A stretch of DNA of 45,881 nt. Source: Bacteroidia bacterium (lineage in GTDB: Bacteria; Pseudomonadota; Gammaproteobacteria; Pseudomonadales; Halieaceae). The position numbers and the translations under genes are program-made. This document shows positions 30,024 through 40,640 of the stretch, in pieces. The stretch is taken from contig JBLFXU010000001.1 in NCBI GenBank assembly GCA_047609575.1, forward strand, positions 1 to 45,881. The letters are read 5' to 3'. Under the pieces are notes generated by a model. The model ran no database searches. It was not told where the DNA came from and saw only the letters and a program-made list of their open reading frames with translations. Each line of letters begins with the position of its first letter. The stretch's first letter is position 1.

Positions 30024-31262
30024 ATGCCTCATAGCCACGTGCAGGACCAGGCCGCCATGAACCACGACCAAGATGACAACACCGGTTTTTCGGACGCAGA
30101 GGGCAACGGCCTGGGCCAGAACCCCTTTGATAAGTCTCGCCTCGAGCAGCCAGACTTCGACCCCTTCGACGACGACACCTATGAAGAACCCGATCGGGAC
30201 ACCGATCACCCGGGAGCCTACGCCGAGGAACAATTCCAGGAAGAAGAGGAGATTGACGACCTCTTTCCAGACAACGACCTGTTTGAGGACGACAACACTC
30301 CATCGGTACCCGTAAAACCCGCTGTCAGCTACGATGAACAGCGCAGTGCCCTGGACGAGCTGGAACAACTGGCCGAAGCGCATGATCTGGGCGTCGAAGA
30401 CTTCGAGGACCCAGACTTCCAAGACCAGGATTTCGAAGACCCGGATTTTGAGAGTCCGGATCAGCCCGATTCGGACGACATCAGTGCGGACAGTGCCGCT
30501 ATCGTCGCGCGGCGCTGGGACGATAGCCTCGACTCCGATACTGATACCCCTTCCAGCTGGCAAGATGGAGATGATTTTCTCGACGAGGGCGACGTGGACT
30601 CCCCACCCTGGCCGATGGGGTTAATCGCCGTTGCGGTACTTGCCCTGATACTGCTGATTGCTGGCGGCTACGGTGTCATCCAGCAGAGAAAGGCTACCGG
30701 CGACGAGATTCGCCAACTACGCGCCGAACTGGCTACCGCCACCAGCCAGCAAGACATCGACCAGAGTCGCAGCGCACTGCAAGCCATGAAGGCACGCAAC
30801 AGCGAACTACAAGCTTCTATGACTGCGCTAGGCCGTGAGAACCGGCGCCTGTCAGACACCGTGGGGGGCCTGGAGGCCCAGCTGGACGCACAGCAGTCTG
30901 CACTGGCAAAAGCTGCCACCATAAACACCTCTGCAGCTCCCAAGCCCGCAGTAATGGCCCCGGTGCCCGCCGCACCGGCGGCAAAACCAGCAACCGCAAC
31001 GAGCTCAGTCGCAGCACCGATTGGGGATAATAGCTGGTTCGTCAATTTCGGCTCTTATGGACAACGCGAAGCGGCCCGTAGCTGGGTTGCAAAGCTGAAC
31101 CCGGCTAGCGGCGAGACCATCCTGATCGCTACCCAGGCGAATGGCAGAACGCTCTATCGAGTGCGCGTGGTGGGCCTATCCGGCCGTGAATCAGCAGAAC
31201 AAATTGCCCGGAGCCTGGAGCAAGAATACAAACTGCCCAAACTTTGGGTCGGTAAACAGTAG
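30024..31262 (+). CDS. SPOR-domain membrane protein with an acidic N-terminal region and coiled coil
   Basis: About 195 aa D/E-rich region, one TM helix (GLIAVAVLALILLIAGGYGVI), coiled coil, A/P linker, C-terminal SPOR (WFVNFGSY...LYRVRV). Exact start uncertain (30024 or 30057). Confidence 0.82.
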   Translation: MPHSHVQDQAAMNHDQDDNTGFSDAEGNGLGQNPFDKSRLEQPDFDPFDDDTYEEPDRDTDHPGAYAEEQFQEEEEIDDLFPDNDLFEDDNTPSVPVKPAVSYDEQRSALDELEQLAEAHDLGVEDFEDPDFQDQDFEDPDFESPDQPDSDDISADSAAIVARRWDDSLDSDTDTPSSWQDGDDFLDEGDVDSPPWPMGLIAVAVLALILLIAGGYGVIQQRKATGDEIRQLRAELATATSQQDIDQSRSALQAMKARNSELQASMTALGRENRRLSDTVGGLEAQLDAQQSALAKAATINTSAAPKPAVMAPVPAAPAAKPATATSSVAAPIGDNSWFVNFGSYGQREAARSWVAKLNPASGETILIATQANGRTLYRVRVVGLSGRESAEQIARSLEQEYKLPKLWVGKQ

Positions 31263-31345
31263 GCGCCCATTCCGCCTCGTTTAGGCGGCTTGGCAGCGCG
31301 GCGATGGCCTGTTAAGGTCATTTTCCCTAGTTTGAGGAACCGACT

Positions 31346-31711
31346 ATGAGATTATTGAAGACAGCATTTGTAGCCCTTGCCCTGGTAAGCGCCCCTGTAA
31401 TAGCCCAGGACTGCAGCGGCCCTGAAGTGCCTGCCATTCCCGATGGCGCTACTTCCACCTACAATCAAATGATTGAGGGTATGGGCGCTGTTAATAGCTT
31501 CAAGGCCGCCAACATCGAATATATGAAATGCCTCGATGCCTTGAGTGACGCTGCCAAAGCTCCTGCGAAAGAAGGCAATGTGTTAGATGATGCCAAGGCT
31601 GAGCTAAGTGCACTGGACGCGAAGTACAATGACGCCGTGTCCAATGAAGAAAGGTTGGCAGGACAATTCAACGCAGAAATTCGCGCGTACAAAGAAACCA
31701 ACCCCGAGTAG
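31346..31711 (+). CDS. Small exported hypothetical protein
   Basis: GAGG RBS; signal peptide MRLLKTAFVALALVSAPVIA; two Cys (DCSGP, YMKC); helical C-terminus. Confidence 0.8.
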   Translation: MRLLKTAFVALALVSAPVIAQDCSGPEVPAIPDGATSTYNQMIEGMGAVNSFKAANIEYMKCLDALSDAAKAPAKEGNVLDDAKAELSALDAKYNDAVSNEERLAGQFNAEIRAYKETNPE

Positions 31712-31964
31712 TCTTTAGGGCTCTCGGTTTACAGCATGGCCAGGGGCCCGAGCGGGCTCTTGGTCAACGCCACAGCAACAACATACCCAATGCCGAACCC
31801 AGCAACAGTGTATCCACAGTGTGGGGAAGTACTCTGGTTAGCGGGTGCGACAGGTGTGGATCATCCCGCAGCATCCAGTAACCGCGCAGCGCAAACCCTG
31901 AAATCGACAAGATCGCACAAGTGATATGTTAGAGGTAAAGCCATTCCACGACGTGCCAGAGCCT

Positions 31965-32207
31965 CTAGCCCATAATTTTCAAGGCGCAGTAGGGAAGCAG
32001 ATTGAACACGATAATCAGTAGCTTGAATTTCGCCATATAGTCAAAGTACATGGCCTTGAGCTGATCTTCAGGTATGTCATAAAGCCCAGTGTGAACGCTG
32101 ATAACGAATGCTCGCATAACGGCAAGACACAATGCGGTAAGTGCCAATAAAGACATACTGAGGACCGTGCACCAGCCCAAAAAAGTTGTTGCTTCTGCCA
32201 TGCTCAT
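31965..32207 (-). CDS. Small two-TM membrane protein (DUF6868-like)
   Basis: FLGWC near the N-terminus and FKLLIIVFNLLPYCALKI at the C-terminus; family name recalled, not verified. Confidence 0.7.
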   Translation of the reverse strand: MSMAEATTFLGWCTVLSMSLLALTALCLAVMRAFVISVHTGLYDIPEDQLKAMYFDYMAKFKLLIIVFNLLPYCALKIMG

Positions 32208-32372
32208 TATCTCAGCCCTCGTTCACGGAGCTGCTCCCGAACATGAGATTCGAGTCAGCAAATGTAGTTGCTGTTTACGCGCCCGCTGAGCAGTTTAAGC
32301 TGTCAATAGCATATCAAGCTCAGGGCTATGCTCGCCTGCGTGTTAATCAAGCAATGGCTACTATGGCGCAGC

Positions 32373-32612
32373 CTACTCCAGCTGCGCACCGTATTTGTAA
32401 CAGTTCCCTTTGCTGAATCGATCTTCATAGCGCTTGCGGGATTTCTTCCAGGACTCCATTTGTCGAGCAGACCCGCCGCCTCTCCTTAGTTTGGTATATC
32501 GCTCGATGGTGTCGCGAAGCTGCTGGCAATCGCTCTGTGAAAGCTCCTGTGCCACAGACACCCGAGACAAAGGCAATGCAAAAACCACCAGTAACAATAC
32601 TCTGCGTTTCAT
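32373..32612 (-). CDS. Small exported hypothetical protein
   Basis: Signal-like MKRRVLLLVVFALPLSRVSVA; Cys pair (SDCQ...GNCY); LRRGGGSARQM. Start inferred at ATG 32612 after GGAAAAGG. Confidence 0.65.
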   Translation of the reverse strand: MKRRVLLLVVFALPLSRVSVAQELSQSDCQQLRDTIERYTKLRRGGGSARQMESWKKSRKRYEDRFSKGNCYKYGAQLE

Positions 32613-32847
32613 TGGAATTCCTTTTCCATTGAGATCGTTTATGTCTTCACCACCGGCATAGCACTTAATCAGACGTATGTTCATGGATAGTCCATCAAAC
32701 GTATTCCAGGTGTCTTTGCGTGATCTCTAACGCAGGTTTACGTCTTGAACCCGTGGTGGGTTACTCTGATTTGCCAACACCGCCCACTATTCAACAGATA
32801 CCCTTAGACATCCAAATACTGTACTCGTATGGCTGGCCCATTGCCTG

Positions 32848-33189
32848 TCAAGCTTTCTTGACGAATTCAGATTTCAGTTTCATGGCGCCAATGCCCGCGA
32901 CTTTGCAGTCAATATTGTGGTCGCCATCGACCAGCCTTATATTCTTTACCTTGGTTCCCACTTTAACCACTGACGATGAGCCTTTGACTTTAAGATCCTT
33001 AATGACCACAACCGAATCGCCATCATTCAGTACATTGCCATTGGCGTCTTTTATTTCTGGCTCGCCCAGTGCGTCATTGTCTTCACCGTCTTTGGCCCAC
33101 TCATGTCCACACTCCGGGCAGACAAGCATTAATCCGTCTTCATAAGTGTATTGTGATTTGCATTGAGTACAGGCTGGCAATTTGTCCAC
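32848..33189 (-). CDS. yjdM: PhnA/YjdM zinc-ribbon domain protein
   Basis: CTQC...YTYED...[42 protein letters not shown]; GTG start after AGGAG. Confidence 0.92.
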   Translation of the reverse strand: MDKLPACTQCKSQYTYEDGLMLVCPECGHEWAKDGEDNDALGEPEIKDANGNVLNDGDSVVVIKDLKVKGSSSVVKVGTKVKNIRLVDGDHNIDCKVAGIGAMKLKSEFVKKA

Positions 33190-33757
33190 AAGGTCTCCTG
33201 TGTTAATGGCTTATCTAGTCAACATGAAAAAAAATTACTCACCCTGAGCCACCTCAGCGGGCTTTTCTCTATAGGCTCAGAATCACAATTACAGTGGTAA
33301 GGGTAAATAGTATAGACGGCAGCAGCGCTCTAACGCGAAACCTGACCGATGCGGATTCGAAATGCCTTAAGGTGAAGACAAGAAAAGATAATGCCAAGGT
33401 GAATGACAGGTTCGCCAAGGCCAACAATATGACGGTAGATTTTGTCCCGCCGGCTAGGCCGTCCACGCCATTGTGCAATCTTGGCTAGGTTACAGATAAC
33501 CCGAATAACAACGGGCTCAAGACATATCTGGAGCCTATGTTCTGCGCAACTGAATCAAATATTCTGAACTATCGCTTAAAACTCTGACCATAGCAGGCCA
33601 GCGTCAAACTCTAGTAGTAACCAAAATCGGGGGGATGACGAGACAAAATCAAGCAGTAGTCCGGATCGATGAAGGGGAAAAAGAACGGCTCTACACGAAA
33701 TTGCTACTATCTCTGATAAATGGCAGATCAACTAATGCCATTCACTCTAAGCTCAAT

Positions 33758-33925
33758 TCAAGGCGATTCGCTTAGTGGTGGCGTTTCTGTTTCTGTTTCT
33801 GTTTCTGTTTCTGTTCCGGCTTCTTCCGCGTCCTGGCTTAGCTTTTTAAGGCGTTTTTCTTCTTTCTTTTTGATTTTCGCTAGTTCTTTCTGCCGTTTTT
33901 CGAATTTGTAATTGGGTTTTGCCAT
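33758..33925 (-). CDS. 55-aa basic/acidic small protein (not in the ORF track)
   Basis: Hand translation: MAKPNYKFEKRQKELAKIKKKEEKRLKKLSQDAEEAGTETETETETETPPLSESP*. Purine-rich leader; same strand as, and downstream of, the cold-shock gene. Confidence 0.75.
   Translation of the reverse strand: MAKPNYKFEKRQKELAKIKKKEEKRLKKLSQDAEEAGTETETETETETPPLSESP
33783..33815. repeat. Hexanucleotide microsatellite (GTTTCT)5.5
   Basis: Read directly; encodes the (TE)n tract of the 55-aa ORF. Confidence 0.9.
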
Positions 33926-34185
33926 TACATTTCTCATTCTCAGGTTTAGATGCGCAAGGTATCAGCTGCAAACGCTTAGAACTTCCAGGCGAACGGGAAG
34001 GTGGCACCAAGGTTTGTAAGCCTCTGATGGGTCTGGTTACTATCAAGTAAGGGAAATAGCACCTGCGACCGGTCCAGCACTAGCTAAACTTCTACTAATC
34101 TATCATACGGTAAACCCAAAGGAGCTGATGTGTTTCTACAGCGTTATCAGTCCTTCAGATTGGGTTGTATCACCGCTCAAAGGTA

Positions 34186-34234
34186 AACAAAACAAGCATA
34201 GCAGTCGGCGACAGAGCCACTCGACTGCGTATGC
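34186..34234 (-). terminator. Probable intrinsic terminator after the cold-shock gene
   Basis: Stem GCATA-GCAGTCG / CGACTGC-G-TATGC, followed on the minus strand by TTGTTTTGTTT. Confidence 0.5.
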
Positions 34235-34251
34235 AGGTTATGTTCTACAGC

Positions 34252-34458
34252 TTATAAAGGTTGTACTTTATTAGCGCAGGGACCTTTTTGACCTTGGCCA
34301 ACTTCAAACTCTACTTCCTGGCCATCATTCAATGTAGCGTAACCGCCGCCAGCTTGAATTTCTGAATGGTGTACAAACAGATCTTTGCCGCCATCTTCAG
34401 GTGTAATAAAACCAAAACCTTTATCGGCGTTGAACCATTTAACAGTACCTTTACTCAT
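34252..34458 (-). CDS. Cold-shock protein (CspA family)
   Basis: [15 protein letters not shown] (RNP1), LFVHHSEI (RNP2), GQKGP. Confidence 0.96.
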   Translation of the reverse strand: MSKGTVKWFNADKGFGFITPEDGGKDLFVHHSEIQAGGGYATLNDGQEVEFEVGQGQKGPCANKVQPL

Positions 34459-35024
34459 CTTCTTTACTCATGTTGTTGGTGAAATAAAAAAAGCACATAT
34501 CCGAATTCACCGGTTCGAATATATGGATTGAACAAAAACTGTTGACCACTCAACTGGCGGCCATAGTATTCCAACTTATCCCCTCATAGTAGTTGAAAAT
34601 ACCGCAACTTACCCAACGATATCCTCAGAACTAATACCTATACAGGGCATGAGCTGCCACTAATAAGCATCCCAACGAGGAACAAATTGCGCTTCCTCGT
34701 CAATAAAGAGACGCCTTTTCGCCTGCAGCAAAAGCACACGCTAGCGTGTCCCCACCTTGGGCAGTCACTAGCTGCCCCTGTAGCCAAAAGGCCTGACATT
34801 GCTGCCATTGGCCATTTCGAAAAATTAGCGCGGTTGATCCTACAACAATCGACCACTTATTGCTGAATTTTTCACCTGTTTAGATTATCTAGAAACAAAG
34901 GCCAAAAAAGGAAAATTCTTTAAAAACAGATAGTTAGCGGTATTAGGCCTAAATATCGCTCTCCCACCGCTGCAAAGCTTACCGCCTCAGAGCCTGCCTG
35001 GTAGGAAAAATGGCTTTCCGGGTC

Positions 35025-36854
35025 CTATTCTACGGTAACGGATTTCGCGAGATTACGGGGTTTATCTACGTCCGTGCCCTTCTGAACCGCGACGTGATAA
35101 GACAGTAATTGCAGGGCCACGCAGTAGACAATCGGCTTGATCACCTCTGGACAGTGCGGTACCGGCAGTACGGTAATCCTGTCTTCGTTCTCAAAACCAG
35201 CTTCCTTGTCAGCGAACACAAATAATTCACCGCCCCTGGAACGCACTTCCTCCAGATTGGATTTCAGCTTTTCCAGCAGTTCATCGTTAGGGGCAACAGC
35301 CACCACGGGCATATCATCATCGACCAATGCCAGAGGGCCGTGCTTAAGTTCACCCGCGGGATATGCTTCAGCGTGGATGTAGGAGATTTCCTTGAGCTTC
35401 AGAGCGCCTTCCATAGCGATGGGATACTGGATGCCCCGTCCCAGGAAAAGCGCGTGGTGTTTGGGAATAAACTCTTCCGAGAGTTTCTGGATCGCGTCGT
35501 TCATCTGCAATGTCTCGGCGACAAATCCGGGTAATTTGCGCAGTGCATCCATGATATCACGCGCCCGGTCAGGCTCCATGCCACGTCGGCGGCCAAGCGC
35601 CAGGGTCAGCATCAATAAGCCGACAAGCTGTGTAGTGAACGCTTTAGTAGAAGCGACGCCGATCTCAGCCCCGGCCTTGGTTAGAAATACCAGGTCACAT
35701 TCACGCACCAGGGAACTGTTATCCACATTTGCCACAACCAGGCTGCCAATAAACTCACCCTCGGTGGCATTGCGCAGAGCGGCTAGTGTATCTGCTGTTT
35801 CGCCAGACTGTGAGATCGCAACCAGTAAAGTGCCCTCATGCTGTACACGTTTCCGATAGCGAAACTCTGACGCCACCTCAACCTCACAGGCCACTCCGGC
35901 AATTTCTTCGAGCCAGTATCGCGCAACCAGGCCGGCATGATAGCTGGTACCGCAGGCGACTATTTGAACGTTCTGCACCCGGTCAAACAACGCTCCGGCG
36001 CCTTCACCAAAACGCTCTTCAAGCTGCTGGTAATCTGTGGCCTGAGCAAAAGTTGCTTCAATCGAGCGGGGCTGCTCGAAGATCTCTTTGATCATGAAGT
36101 GGTCGTATGTGCCTTTGTCGGAGGTTTCCACTGCTTCGCTTATGCGTGTCCTGGGCCGAATGACCGGCTCACCCGCGGCGGTATAGACCTGCAGGCTGGA
36201 GGGTGTGATCTGCACCATATCCCCCTCTTCCAGATAAATGAAACGGTCAGTAACCTGACGCAGGGCCATTTGATCCGAGGCAAGAAAGTTCTCTCCAATA
36301 CCAATACCGACAACAAGAGGGCTGCCTTCGCGTGCACCCACAACCTCATGCGGGTTGTGTTTGTCGATCGCTGCTATGGCATAGGCGCCATCCAGGCGAG
36401 CGACCGTGTTCTTCAGAGCATCGATCATCGTTGCGCCGCTCTCGAGCTCCCGGTGCATCAGATGGACGATAACTTCACTATCTGTAGCGGAGGCCATTTG
36501 GTAACCGTCTGCCACCAGCTCTTCACGTAAAGCGACATGGTTTTCGATAATGCCGTTGTGTACCAATGCAAGCCGGTTTCCAGATGTATGTGGGTGTGAA
36601 TTGTTCTGTGAAGGCTCACCATGTGTGGCCCAGCGCGTGTGAGCGATACCGGTCAGCCCATGGTAAGGCTGGTCGTTCTGTGCGCTTTCAAGTTCGCTAA
36701 CTTTACCCTTGCGTTTGTGCATTTGAAGTTGCTGATCAGCATTGATCAATGCCATGCCGGCAGAATCATAACCGCGATATTCCAAACGTCGCAGGCCTTC
36801 CAACAAAATCTCGGATACTTCTCGCCTCGCGGCCGCCCCTACAATGCCACACAT
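35025..36854 (-). CDS. glmS: Glutamine-fructose-6-phosphate transaminase
   Basis: MCGIVG, LEYRGYDSAG, HTRWATHG, SQSGETADT, ELKHGPLAL, PRNLAKSVTVE. Confidence 0.98.
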   Translation of the reverse strand: MCGIVGAAARREVSEILLEGLRRLEYRGYDSAGMALINADQQLQMHKRKGKVSELESAQNDQPYHGLTGIAHTRWATHGEPSQNNSHPHTSGNRLALVHNGIIENHVALREELVADGYQMASATDSEVIVHLMHRELESGATMIDALKNTVARLDGAYAIAAIDKHNPHEVVGAREGSPLVVGIGIGENFLASDQMALRQVTDRFIYLEEGDMVQITPSSLQVYTAAGEPVIRPRTRISEAVETSDKGTYDHFMIKEIFEQPRSIEATFAQATDYQQLEERFGEGAGALFDRVQNVQIVACGTSYHAGLVARYWLEEIAGVACEVEVASEFRYRKRVQHEGTLLVAISQSGETADTLAALRNATEGEFIGSLVVANVDNSSLVRECDLVFLTKAGAEIGVASTKAFTTQLVGLLMLTLALGRRRGMEPDRARDIMDALRKLPGFVAETLQMNDAIQKLSEEFIPKHHALFLGRGIQYPIAMEGALKLKEISYIHAEAYPAGELKHGPLALVDDDMPVVAVAPNDELLEKLKSNLEEVRSRGGELFVFADKEAGFENEDRITVLPVPHCPEVIKPIVYCVALQLLSYHVAVQKGTDVDKPRNLAKSVTVE

Positions 36855-36856
36855 AA

Positions 36857-38227
36857 TTAGTTCCCGCCGTCCCGCTTATCGGGGCGCGTCCATCCGCTGA
36901 TATTACGCTGTTTGCCTCGCGCAACAGCCAGTTCGCCTTGCTCGATAGTTTTTGTGACACTGGATCCTGCCGCAACAAAGCCATCGTCTTCTATGCGCAA
37001 TGGTGCAATCAGAGTGCTATTGGAGCCCACGAACACACCATTGCCAATATCTGTTTTGTGTTTGTTTACGCCGTCGTAGTTACAGGTAATTGTTCCCGCA
37101 CCAATATTGACGCCGCTACCCATTTCGCAGTCGCCAATATAGGACAAGTGATTCACTTTACTACCCGGGCCTATAGTCGCTTTTTTAGTTTCCACAAAAT
37201 TTCCCACTCGCGCATCGTCGGCCAGCATAGTCCCGGGGCGCAATCTTGCGTAGGGTCCGACACTACAATTGCGGCCAACGCGCGTTTCCTGGAGATGACT
37301 CATAGGATGTATGTGAGTGCCGTCGGCAATGTCGACATCACACAACACACAATTGGCGCCAACAGTAACGCCATTGCCCAATGACACTCTGCCTTCAATC
37401 AAAACATTGATATCGATGAATACATTCTCGCCACAACTCAAGCTACCGCGAACATCAAGCCGTGCCGCATCTGCGATGCTAACGCCGCTACGCAGTAACT
37501 GTTCCGCGTGTCGTCGCTGGAATTCCCGCTCAACCTGATTCAGCTGTACCCGGTCGTTAACACCCAGAATTTCCAACTCTGAATCGGCCAGGCATGATGC
37601 GACCGTTTTGTCTTCTGCAACTGCAAGGCTGAGTACATCCGGCAAATAGTATTCGCCTTGGCTGTTTTCGTTTTTTACTCGGGGTAAGTAGCTGGCAAGA
37701 TCGGCTTGTGGCGCAGCCAGGACCCCGGTATTAATTTCGTTGATTTCTCGCTGCTCGGCTGACGCATCTTTGTCTTCAACCACACCTAGCAGCGCGCCCT
37801 TGGCGTCGCGTAGAATTCGGCCGTAGCCAGAAGGGTCGCCAAGTTTCGCTGTAAGTAATGCCGGACTGTCCTGCGCAGCTTCAACCAGGGCCTGCAACGT
37901 GGCAGCTTCAATCAGGGGAACATCGCCGTACAGCACTAGGACGATCGAGCCAGGAGCAACGGCTGACATGGCTTGCATCACTGCATGACCGGTACCCAAA
38001 CGCTCTTTCTGAATTGCCCATGTAATGTCGCTGTCTGCAAGCTGTTCCTGGACCTGCTGCGCACCATGGCCAATCACCACATGAATAGCCGTCGGCGAGA
38101 GCTCTCGCGCCGTAGCTATCACATGGGCGAGCATCGGTCTCCCTGCGACCGGGTGAAGTACTTTAGGTAAATCCGATTTCATGCGCGTACCCTGCCCTGC
38201 GGCCAGGATCACGACTTCCAGTTTCAT
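36857..38227 (-). CDS. glmU: Bifunctional UDP-GlcNAc pyrophosphorylase/glucosamine-1-P acetyltransferase
   Basis: LAAGQGTRMKS, LGTGHAV, EYYLPD, hexapeptide repeats, NIGAGTITCNYDG. Confidence 0.97.
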   Translation of the reverse strand: MKLEVVILAAGQGTRMKSDLPKVLHPVAGRPMLAHVIATARELSPTAIHVVIGHGAQQVQEQLADSDITWAIQKERLGTGHAVMQAMSAVAPGSIVLVLYGDVPLIEAATLQALVEAAQDSPALLTAKLGDPSGYGRILRDAKGALLGVVEDKDASAEQREINEINTGVLAAPQADLASYLPRVKNENSQGEYYLPDVLSLAVAEDKTVASCLADSELEILGVNDRVQLNQVEREFQRRHAEQLLRSGVSIADAARLDVRGSLSCGENVFIDINVLIEGRVSLGNGVTVGANCVLCDVDIADGTHIHPMSHLQETRVGRNCSVGPYARLRPGTMLADDARVGNFVETKKATIGPGSKVNHLSYIGDCEMGSGVNIGAGTITCNYDGVNKHKTDIGNGVFVGSNSTLIAPLRIEDDGFVAAGSSVTKTIEQGELAVARGKQRNISGWTRPDKRDGGN

Positions 38228-38564
38228 GGCGATGGCACCTCACCCGATATTATTCGTGGTTTTACGGGGTAGATACAGGCTATCCCCCGCAGCCTATTAT
38301 GCGTTCTGGGACCAGTAAGACCAAGCGCCGCAGTGTGATACGGATAACACTGGGAGCAAATGACTACGGCTTTGACAGCAAAGCGCTACAAGGTTGCCGG
38401 TTTTTTTGCCATCGGGTGACGGCAGGACCCTAAGTAAGTCCCATTCGTCTCTGACGCCTTTATCGCTAGAGCCGCTGCAGTGCCAGCTGGCCGTATAGAG
38501 GGGTCAACCGGCTGATAATTGAACAGCTGAATCAACAGCTCCCCCGTTAGCAGGCGCTACGCAA

Positions 38565-38637
38565 GGTCAATCATTCAGGCGCTCTCATGGCGAATATCTT
38601 AGCCTTCTGAGCGGTAAGAGCGCCTGAATGATTGACC
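38565..38637. repeat. Perfect 21-bp inverted repeat with a 31-nt spacer (REP-like)
   Basis: GGTCAATCATTCAGGCGCTCT (38565-38585) / AGAGCGCCTGAATGATTGACC (38617-38637). Confidence 0.88.
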
Positions 38638-38655
38638 GAACCCCAAGAAACAGGC

Positions 38656-38680
38656 AAAAAAATCCCCGGAATAACCGGGG
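38656..38680 (-). terminator. Intrinsic terminator of the atp operon
   Basis: Minus strand CCCCGG-TTATT-CCGGGG-ATTTTTTT, about 30 nt after the atpC stop. Confidence 0.8.
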
Positions 38681-38709
38681 CTTAGTATAGAGATGCTGTC
38701 GGCGTTTGC

Positions 38710-39138
38710 TTAGCCGCGTCCCGCCCTGTTCTTCAGCTTACGCAATGTCGCAAGCTGCGCAGCGGCTTCGGCTAGCTGGGCAGAGGCCCGACCATAGTCA
38801 AAGTCACCTGACTGATTGGCCAGTACTTGTTCGGCTTCGCGACGCGCTTCTTCGGCCACCGCTTCGTCCATGTCAGCGGCGCGCAACGCCGTGTCGGCAA
38901 GAATGGATACTATGCCTGGCTGTACTTCCAGAAAGCCGCCAGACACATAGTACACTTCCTCATCACCACTCTGGGTGACCAGACGTACCGGGCCAGGCAC
39001 AAGGGCGGTCAACAATGGGGCATGTCCGTAGTTCACACCCAGTTCTCCCATCTCGCCGGTGGCGACAAGCACCTCAACCAACCCAGAAAAGATCTCCTCT
39101 TCCGCGCTGACGATATCGCAATGAATGGTCATTACCAT
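38710..39138 (-). CDS. atpC: ATP synthase F1 epsilon
   Basis: [31 protein letters not shown]. Confidence 0.96.
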   Translation of the reverse strand: MVMTIHCDIVSAEEEIFSGLVEVLVATGEMGELGVNYGHAPLLTALVPGPVRLVTQSGDEEVYYVSGGFLEVQPGIVSILADTALRAADMDEAVAEEARREAEQVLANQSGDFDYGRASAQLAEAAAQLATLRKLKNRAGRG

Positions 39139-39162
39139 GTTGGGGCCTCCCGCTAAGTCCGC

Positions 39163-40575
<1,413 letters not shown>

Positions 40576-40640
40576 TCAATAATGTAATTCTGATTGACCA
40601 GGGCTAATTCTATTCCCAAGGCCGAAATTCTTTCGCTACT

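Noticed and set aside
29919-30563. 214-aa hydrophobic minus-strand ORF
   Set aside because: Antisense shadow of the Asp/Glu-rich SPOR gene; GAC/GAA codons read as Val/Phe on the other strand.
31736-31924. 62-aa ORF after the small exported protein
   Set aside because: No clear RBS, no recognisable motif, composition not convincingly protein-like.
33720-33911. Plus-strand 63-aa ORF with a VSVSVS repeat
   Set aside because: Antisense to the more plausible 55-aa protein; the repeat is the same microsatellite read on the other strand.
33846-34046. 66-aa minus-strand ORF from the track
   Set aside because: Overlaps the 55-aa ORF in another frame, has a weak start and no recognisable features.
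34638-34856. 72-aa Cys-rich minus-strand ORF between glmS and csp
   Set aside because: No motif or RBS support; probably a spurious ORF in intergenic DNA.
34920-34936. IHF-like site AAACAGATAGTTA near the glmS 3' end
   Set aside because: Two mismatches to WATCAANNNNTTR in an AT-rich stretch; not distinguishable from chance.
34860-35024. Tn7-like transposon end at attTn7 downstream of glmS
   Set aside because: No TGT terminus about 25 bp after the glmS stop, no repeated TnsB sites and no tns genes in the window.
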